NCBI GenBank assembly: GCA_039809385.1
Contig: JBDHUY010000004.1
Span: 32,001 to 96,000, forward strand
Length of the DNA stretch: 64,000 nt
From: Candidatus Altimarinota bacterium
Lineage (GTDB): Bacteria; Patescibacteriota; Gracilibacteria; JBDHUY01
Reading direction: 5' to 3'
Shown here: positions 57,901 through 64,000 of the stretch, in pieces
Numbering within the stretch: position 1 is the stretch's first letter
How the letters are laid out: each line of letters opens with the position of its first letter
Position numbers and translations under genes: made by a program
Notes under the pieces: model-generated
The model's input: the letters and a program-made list of their open reading frames with translations, nothing else
Told to the model about the DNA's origin: nothing
Database searches by the model: none

Positions 57901-58283
57901 GCTGTTGGCAGGTTTTGAAATGAATAATTCTCAAGTGATGTATAAAGATAATTTTCCTGCTCCGCAGCGACCGGTATACAGATTACAGTTTTTATACCGT
58001 CTTTCATCTCAGTAACGTGGTTGTCAGCATATGTTGTATCTAACAGGCCATTAAGGTATTCCAAATAGGCTCTACTATGAAGCTTTAGATAAGCTTCCGC
58101 ACTCCTGGGGGCACGCGTTTTTTGCTCTTTGCGTAAAAGTTTATCCACAGGATTCTGTTTCTTTTTCTGCTGAAATGATTGGTTTTTCCACAACCACGGT
58201 TGTTTGGACCAGCTTATCCCGGCGCCATAGTCAAACTCTGGATCTTCTGTGTGATACAAGGGACTTTTTGATGGGGCTTTCAT
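54945..58283 (-). CDS. Large protein with two tandem GT-A (GT2-like) glycosyltransferase domains
   Basis: Twice: CIPVA..QE, G.IRK.L.D, DADNHG, GAN.A.R...Y...GG.D, ED. Confidence 0.8.
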   Translation of the reverse strand: MKAPSKSPLYHTEDPEFDYGAGISWSKQPWLWKNQSFQQKKKQNPVDKLLRKEQKTRAPRSAEAYLKLHSRAYLEYLNGLLDTTYADNHVTEMKDGIKTVICIPVAAEQENYLYTSLENYSFQNLPTAEWEILLFSNLKQYPQDLMTPDEVDIFNPDWDNDCFGDILDKAHLQYAYPDINIQHIMGYLPPDKLRMGAIRKILADITLVRYLRRGINDPNFSIIMADADNHGMSNQLLQNYVETFTKHPEIQAIGGKIDFDIESNIRNPLLHVGTRMFQYIDLEHLQGQKSKLGLSGANCAYRLEAYWKVGGYDEKATRLEDSILSDRIRTYCNDSPTLVPIRHMGGKSKLFTSNRHGADTLENQLLAPVMQFIDDKAISYDSKFIRSYPHNTNHCQYDFSSKKDRLRFKNELESIINETLCFYDLLQGDAQSRKIIQRVLSRLHIDYIEDFRINHTGRKVPFIYILDYTRLIRKLIEYPRKALNMYEKKTGQTWKNNVSEELVRNVREQTRGVLGSLSKNYKEVVISGLQKAIFNGLQRKQLEENGYAFAPLFTPVEKADVENQPCTRIDLDWREEIFTKGNIIDAIKESHDPDTKFDSYNTVQEYFKQHTKEYQQMIVELASQIEPMEESIQASICIPVAGFQEPDLDNSLYHYTAQTAKASTFEIVAFLNHPTHNKDGQSTGLDHESILAFEKFQKDHPEINFRYIYATFPREHLSIGWIRKLLHDTVLYRHHQRGKQASDLILINNDADNHGVDRHYITTFLKKFQEHPNTDAFEGYLDYDVESFIRNPWLLLSTKIWLLFCLYEAIHGRCGFPGANGAMRASSYAGMGGFDARCTVGEDADIRRRILEFRDDSKKFFGLGRGGIGTRIYSSSRRAEETLKKGFAANNQWAVVKFQIEDVEVRSVNRRDDYTLVDWSNTHTADLLKRKFTDLFIQTAKNYTDSRDSFEKISQQFDFVLRRGFQVGYTLTKGDHLILDIHDVDQLQQKLITYEDRSRRILRAKTGINDQEIVKGPRSVVEIIHMQISELISVGKDDEARRMKIDLEREITTYLEHLGKLQSYKNNSSPRIDASVRKIIQQFSKLLQMIDSVEQRLLFLNGTHIKSIKLTI

Positions 58284-58486
58284 AAATATGTCGGGCCGGA
58301 CTGGGAAATAGAATGAAGAACAAATAATAATCAACAAAAAATGGTTGTCAATGTCCGAAAAAATGACATAAGGAAATTTTCGTCCATCATAATTGAGCCA
58401 GGTGTATAGGGCGTATTAGATTGTTGTCGGTGCCAAATCCTGATATGATGTTTTTCAGTTTCTTTACCCTTTCACCGCATTTTCCT

Positions 58487-58966
58487 ATGCAGCAAAAGAT
58501 AACGCCTTTTTTGTGGTTCGATATGCAGGCCGAGGAAGCCGTGAACTTTTATGTGTCGTTGTTTCAGGATTCGAAAATAGTCAGTATCAAACGTTATGGC
58601 AACGAAGTTCCGGGCATGGAGGGAAAAGTTCTCACTGCGGTCTTTGAACTCAACGGTCAGCAGTTTATGGCGCTCGACGGCGGACCGATGTTCAAATTTA
58701 CCGAGGCATTCTCGATGTTCGTCGATTGCGAGGATCAGGCCGAGGTCGATCGCTTATGGGAAAAACTCACCGCCGACGGGGGAGAGGAGTCGCAGTGTGG
58801 CTGGCTCAAGGATAAATACGGCCTGTCCTGGCAGATCATTCCCCGCGAGCTGATGCAGCTCATGAGCGATCCCGACCCCGCCAAAGCGGGACGGGTCATG
58901 CAGTGCATGCTGCAGATGAGAAAGATCGATGTGGCGAAGTTAAGAGAAGCGTATGAACAGGACTAA
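58487..58966 (+). CDS. VOC/PhnB-like (3-demethylubiquinone methyltransferase family) protein
   Basis: KITPFLWF, CGWLKDKYGLSWQI. Confidence 0.93.
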   Translation: MQQKITPFLWFDMQAEEAVNFYVSLFQDSKIVSIKRYGNEVPGMEGKVLTAVFELNGQQFMALDGGPMFKFTEAFSMFVDCEDQAEVDRLWEKLTADGGEESQCGWLKDKYGLSWQIIPRELMQLMSDPDPAKAGRVMQCMLQMRKIDVAKLREAYEQD

Positions 58967-58975
58967 TGATTTTTT

Positions 58976-59677
58976 ATGAATATCAGCATCCAACGCGTTT
59001 ACGATACTTCTACAAAAAATGAAGGCGAGCGGTGGCTGGTCGACCGTCTCTGGCCGCGGGGTATTAGCAAGACTGACCTTCAGCTGGATGGCTGGCTTCG
59101 CGAGCTGACGCCATCTGACGAGTTGAGAAAATGGGCACATGCCGACAAGTCGGCCCGTCATGAGGAGTTTGTGCGCAAATATCGTCTGGAACTGGAAGCG
59201 AACAAAGAGCTTGCCCAGAAACTCTTGAAGGGAAAGAAGTCTCTCGTCCTTCTCACGGCGGTAAAAGATATCGAGCATTCGCATGTGCCGCTACTGGCCG
59301 ATTTTTTGCAGAGACTATCGAACTTTCCGAAACCGCTATATCCGATTCAGTGCCATCTCTGGACAAACGAAGTGGTAACGGAAAATGATCTTTCTGCTCT
59401 TGCCGTATGTAAAGTCTTGACCGATGAATCTCATTTTATTGTAAGTATCAAGGCATGTCAGGTCTGTGGCCAACTGTACCTTTACGTATTTTACGAGGAG
59501 ATCGATTGGGAAAAAGGCGAGGATCCGCAGTATCGAAGTTTATTTCCGGTGCAAACGATCGAGGAAGGCGAGATGCTGAGCCAAAAACATTATCTCGAAC
59601 TCCTCTCCTATTCCCCGCGTCTCGAGTGGAATTTTACCGACATCAAAACAGCTCCGACCTGGATTGGGAGGCCTTAA
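58976..59677 (+). CDS. DUF488 (YeaO) domain fused to an unknown Cys-containing domain
   Basis: RVYD, LVDRLWPRG, PSDELRKW; then CHLW...CQVCGQLY. Confidence 0.8.
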   Translation: MNISIQRVYDTSTKNEGERWLVDRLWPRGISKTDLQLDGWLRELTPSDELRKWAHADKSARHEEFVRKYRLELEANKELAQKLLKGKKSLVLLTAVKDIEHSHVPLLADFLQRLSNFPKPLYPIQCHLWTNEVVTENDLSALAVCKVLTDESHFIVSIKACQVCGQLYLYVFYEEIDWEKGEDPQYRSLFPVQTIEEGEMLSQKHYLELLSYSPRLEWNFTDIKTAPTWIGRP

Positions 59678-59982
59678 CTTCACAAAGCGTAATTCTTGCA
59701 GATCTGCGGTTTTTTTACGCAGCCTTTTTATCGGGCTTTTCCTGGTCATCGCTGCGAGCGACCAGGCCGTAGACGGCAAACATGGGTGCTGATTTCCCGT
59801 AAGGTATAGCTGTTTTGTACGCCTGGCCCTTGAGGTATCTGGTATATATTTCGTTATATTTTTAAAAAATATTGCTTTTTTTGGGCAAGTGATTATTCTC
59901 GTTTATCCTTTTTTTGGTGCTAATATTAAAAAAAGATAAATTTTTCTGACAAAAAATACTATCACTTCAAAATTCCTTCTCA

Positions 59983-61421
59983 ATGAACCAGCCGGCTACG
60001 CAATCAGAACTGAGCCAATCAGAGCTGCATATCCTCGATTCGTTTCCAACATCGGCGGTTGTATTTGATGATTCTAACGGTGATATTCTCTATACTAATA
60101 CTTCTGCTCGTACCTTATTCGGTCTCGAGGCGATGTCGTAGTTGGAAACAATACTGCAGTGTTACCGTGATCAGATTTTTAAACTTACTTCAGGCCAATC
60201 GATGGGGCCTTTTTCACAAACAGATCTCGTCCCACGTTCACCCGCATATCCGGAGGGCCTACGGTATCTAAACCATAGGTTTCATCGCTTGGAAAAAGAT
60301 ACGAATGGGTCGAGGGGTAATTTGGTGATTTTGTATACCGAGGATCTGACCCCGGCTAAAGTCGCTGCAAATGAGGCTGCTCTTGAGGCTCAATGGACGA
60401 TGTTCAGACGTTTGACGAAAATCTTTTCGCATAATATGAACAATATGTTGGGGGCGCTGGCAGGACGTCTCAAAAACGTTATGGAATTGCTGCCTGACGA
60501 GCCAGGTTTACTACAATCAATCTCTTTACCTTTGAATGAATTGATTCAGTATATTCGTAAACTGAATCAAGTAGTATCTTTGGATAATCTTCCCCAGAGT
60601 CCTTCAAACCTGACAGGATTTCTCGATATGTTTCTTGCTCCTCCCCACTGATTCATTCCATAAGGAAAAACAACGTAGTAGAATTTTCTGTAGAGAAAAA
60701 TCACCTTCCGTCCCTGATGCTTAGTCGAATAAATTGGTCTCAATTGGAGTATGTTTTGTCGGAATTGATCAAAAATGCATATGAATCTTTACAACAGCCA
60801 TCTCTTACTTTTAAGCCCGATAAAAAAATTACTCTTAGGGTAGGTATATCCGAATCATCGGTCGAAATATCCGTGATTGACAATGGAATTCGATTACCTC
60901 AGTCGGGTAACTACTTACAATTTTTCACCTCGGAAAAAGCTTCAGTCCGCGGTCATGGTCTGGGGCTTCCTATTGTACAACGGCTTGTTGCTCAAATGGG
61001 TGGAACATTTGTTCTTGGCCAGTCCCCATCCGGCGAGAAAACAGCAACCGTCACGCTCCCCATTGATCGCATAGAGAATATTTCCATCGAACAGATGCGC
61101 AGATCTCTCACTGTTGAGACTTTTAGTTTTGATGGCAATTCTTCGGACGGTCTTATGGGACAAATCGAGCAATCCTCAAAAGATATCATAGTCATAACAT
61201 TCCCACCCGAAAAATATGTAAAGCGGCTGTTAGAACTGACGAAACCAAAAGTTGTTGTGACGAATCTTCTATTATTGCATTCGCATCCCGATTGCCTCGT
61301 TATTTCGAAAGACGATATTGTGTGGATATCTAAACTGAATTATGTAGTTGATGATAAGATCATTCAGCTATATTTAAATTCTTCTGCAGATACGAGTACA
61401 GTAGCTAGAAAAATTGCGTAA
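59983..61421 (+). pseudogene. PAS-like histidine kinase, disrupted
   Basis: In-frame TAG at 60139 and frameshift near 60645; H-box SHNMNN, N-box ELIKNA, DNG, GHGLGL. Confidence 0.8.
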
Positions 61422-61579
61422 CAATGGCTGTTCGTAATGTAGCAATGTGCTGGTAGAAAGTTGTTAAGGTTCTTTTGGTTTTTCGAATATAAAATCCCAC
61501 CAGATTGCCTTGTTTTCTCCCGCAGTGTTGTATAATAAACGCATTCGTGTTTTTATTTATTCTTCCTTTGTTAAATTGT

Positions 61580-62311
61580 ATGAAAAAGAACACTTTGCTG
61601 ATTGCTCTGGGAATTTTGTTCCTCCTGACCTCCTGCCAAACGTCCCAGCCGAATAATCCTGCGCTCGTTCCGGCGACTCCCACGGGTACGAATAGAAATG
61701 CTGTCTCCAATGCGAATAAGAATGTATTGTCACAGAATGCCAATCAAGTCGTTTCCAACCCGAATGTCAATATAGCTCCGGCTATCGCAGATTTGGAAAA
61801 CCAGCCGACGCCCGAAGTGAAAAAAGTAGAGCGGGCGGAGGAAAAGGCCAAGCCTGCTACAACCACCACGAAGCTCTATTCCGGAGCCTGGTTTGACATC
61901 TCGTATCCGGACGATTTCGTAGCTCGCCCGACGACTCCCTTGCAAGACGGTACCGATACGGTTGATACCGATGAGGCTTTCTTTGCTTCTCCCGACGACG
62001 CTGTGGAATTTTTTGTCTATTCGCCGCTGTGGGGCGGGGATCCGCAGAATTATCTGACGGCTCAACCGAATGAAAAAATAGTGAGCGAGAAAACGGATGA
62101 AAAAGGGGAGGGAGAAGAAAAGGATGTGACGCGGTGGGTGACGTTCCAGGCGACCGACAGCTCGTATATGCGTTCCTACGTCTCGTCGAAGTATAACAAC
62201 GGCGAACTGCACCACGTATTTGGAATCAAGTACAAGGACGCGGCGGCCTATGAAAAATACAAAGCGGTCTATGCGGCTTTTAAAGGTTCTCTGACCCAGT
62301 ATGCGGATTAG
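61580..62311 (+). CDS. Lipoprotein with low-complexity linker and PsbP-like C-terminal domain
   Basis: Lipobox LTSC; GAWF.I.YP..F. Confidence 0.75.
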   Translation: MKKNTLLIALGILFLLTSCQTSQPNNPALVPATPTGTNRNAVSNANKNVLSQNANQVVSNPNVNIAPAIADLENQPTPEVKKVERAEEKAKPATTTTKLYSGAWFDISYPDDFVARPTTPLQDGTDTVDTDEAFFASPDDAVEFFVYSPLWGGDPQNYLTAQPNEKIVSEKTDEKGEGEEKDVTRWVTFQATDSSYMRSYVSSKYNNGELHHVFGIKYKDAAAYEKYKAVYAAFKGSLTQYAD

Positions 62312-62313
62312 TC

Positions 62314-62559
62314 CTACACACCGCCCCGGGCATCGATCTTGTATACCACGATGGTGTAGGCTTTTACGCTCAATGTTATGCGGTGTTCCCCAATGCGGAA
62401 TCGGTGCGTTGCCGGAAGCATATTTGTTAATGTCTTGGCAAAAAGCAATGGCTTCTCTTGAAGTAAAAACCACATCAGTTTTTTGGTGACGCGCTCCATA
62501 TCTTTGCGGGGCAGCTTTTGTAATTCATGCTCAGCGTTCCGGGGCAGCTCAAGCTTCAT
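62314..62559 (-). CDS. RelE/ParE-family toxin, possibly shortened by 2 aa
   Basis: A..ELQKL, RFRIGEHRI; ends GGV-TAG-GAC-TAA. Confidence 0.75.
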   Translation of the reverse strand: MKLELPRNAEHELQKLPRKDMERVTKKLMWFLLQEKPLLFAKTLTNMLPATHRFRIGEHRITLSVKAYTIVVYKIDARGGV

Positions 62560-62839
62560 GGATATTGGATGGTATATTTTTTCATAAAATTTGTCAAAGA
62601 TACTTTTCGGCCCTTTTTGAATTGTTTGGCTGCTTCCTGAATGTCCGTGTGGTACTCATCGGTTAGATGTCGTGCGGATCCCCAGCCTCCAATACAAAGG
62701 GGATCTTCCGTTCCCGGGTGACGGTTTTGAGAAATATTTCGAATGCGGTAGTGACGTCGAGTCCGATATCTTCGAGGACTTCGCGGGCCCGGTCGCGATA
62801 GGCGCGGCTAATGCGTGCTTGTACGAGTACTTTGGTCAT
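62556..62839 (-). pseudogene. RelB/DinJ antitoxin, frameshifted
   Basis: MTKVLVQARI...AREVLEDIGLDVTTAFEIFLK.V.RERKIPF stops at 62663; a second frame continues to an ATGA overlap with the toxin. Confidence 0.75.
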
Positions 62840-62971
62840 AATTTGTTATATAATATCCGGATCAAGTTATTCATTGTATTCTCAATAAAAATGTCAGTTG
62901 CTTTACAATAGTGAAGTTCTTGATACCATAAACGTAGAGTAGATTTTCCTAAGAGCAAGCACAATATACGT

Positions 62972-63436
62972 ATGCACAATAATGATTTTGATCAACGTTT
63001 ACAAATCGCGCTCCAATCCGGGGATAATATCGGGGCATGTATCCGGGTAGGGTGGCAGAACCGCTTTTTGTTACTCAGGCGTTCGGTTTCCGATCAGGCT
63101 TCCGGGATCTATGAGCTTCCGGGCGGCGAGGTTGATCCGGGCGAGGGGGTGACTCAGGCGGCGGTACGTGAGTTATTTGAGGAGTCCGGAATTAGGGTGT
63201 TGCCGGAAAATCTTGAACCTCTGGGGATTTTTGATTTTCATAACGAAGAGACCGGCAAACATAAGACCAAGTTTGCTTTTTCTGTAACGTTCAACGAAAA
63301 GCCGGAGGTCCGGTTAAGTCCGGATCACGACGATTTTGTGTTTCTTACCCGCGAGGAAATTGAAGCGCTGCCGCGACAGGGGAAACAAGAGGGGTATGTG
63401 TTGTGGGAGGATCATTATCGGATGCTGATGAGTTAG
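62972..63436 (+). CDS. NUDIX hydrolase
   Basis: PGGEVDPGE....AAVRELFEESG. Confidence 0.93.
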   Translation: MHNNDFDQRLQIALQSGDNIGACIRVGWQNRFLLLRRSVSDQASGIYELPGGEVDPGEGVTQAAVRELFEESGIRVLPENLEPLGIFDFHNEETGKHKTKFAFSVTFNEKPEVRLSPDHDDFVFLTREEIEALPRQGKQEGYVLWEDHYRMLMS

Positions 63437-63647
63437 CGGTATTCTTCTTCCGGTAGGTGCCCTAATCTATCGGGTGAAAGCCCGATTCTTCTTGTACGAG
63501 CAGTCAACGCAAAGCAACAGGATATGCTCCGGACAGCGAGATTCTGAAACGTACCTGAAATTATAGCATATACAAAAAAACAACTATCTCCTGTTGACGT
63601 TTGTATGTTTTTGATTATAATCCGGTACTTACCATGTAATCTACCCT

Positions 63648-64000
63648 ATGGGATTCAACAACATCGGTCGCGTTCTCACTACCAATGCTGTAGAAATCGA
63701 TACCGAGAGAGTAACGAAAAAATTCAACGACTTTGCACTGTCGATGTTATGGGGTTTTCTGGAACGAAAACCGTATCTTTCGGCACGATTCAGATACCAA
63801 CGTGAGAAAAAGCTCGTAACAAAATTTCAGAATAAACCAGATCTGACAACACCGACGCTTTTGGAGGCGGACGACAACGAACTGATTTTGATCTTTCGGA
63901 CACTCGGTCTGACAGATCTGGTTCGGGTATTCCAAGATCCGGACGTTCCTACGGATGATAAACTTCTATACTTGCAATTGGCACTGCAACAACTGCATGC
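63648..64000 (+). CDS. Partial ORF running off the window, possibly kinase-like
   Basis: Open frame MGFNNIGRV...LQLALQQLH; TTGACG..TATAAT promoter at ~63594-63621. Confidence 0.55.
   Translation, partial: MGFNNIGRVLTTNAVEIDTERVTKKFNDFALSMLWGFLERKPYLSARFRYQREKKLVTKFQNKPDLTTPTLLEADDNELILIFRTLGLTDLVRVFQDPDVPTDDKLLYLQLALQQLH

Noticed and set aside
1-64000. Genetic code 25 or amber recoding for this genome
   Set aside because: gltX, trpS, priA and hsp20 end properly at TGA, and polA and rpsT at TAG; internal stops of all three types occur only in decayed genes

Overview
The gene content points to a CPR/Patescibacteria chromosome, probably Gracilibacteria/Peregrinibacteria-like (inferred). It uses standard code 11 (gltX ends in TGA) and most starts lack Shine-Dalgarno motifs. 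Core genes: gltX, ftsK, rpsT, tRNA-Ile2(CAT), galU, trpS, an ftsB-like gene, and a TraD-like ATPase plus a VirB6-like protein. These are interleaved with many accessory genes (NUDIX, methyltransferases, sodN/sodX, a BVMO, a PQQ dehydrogenase, VOC, DHFR-like) and several pseudogenes. Five things stand out. (1) Degenerate ~7-mer tandem 'arms' follow a polarity rule: purine-rich just after stop codons, pyrimidine-rich just before starts. One intact pair brackets a four-helix-bundle gene and could loop it out of the hsp20-galU mRNA. (2) polA and priA are present only as clean C-terminal halves with their own ATG. (3) A TrmB regulator sits beside a tandem array of four Cys-rich paralogues, each full copy followed by a GTAG-REP hairpin. 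(4) A membrane-anchored protein with cyclodipeptide-synthase-like motifs is divergent from a 2OG-Fe(II) oxygenase. (5) Several orphan, possibly exported proteins occur: a tandem double glycosyltransferase, a CheD/CNF1-like protein and an Asn-rich 15-aa repeat protein. I found no CRISPR array, integrase, reverse transcriptase or rRNA. All calls come from reading motifs by eye; no searches were run.
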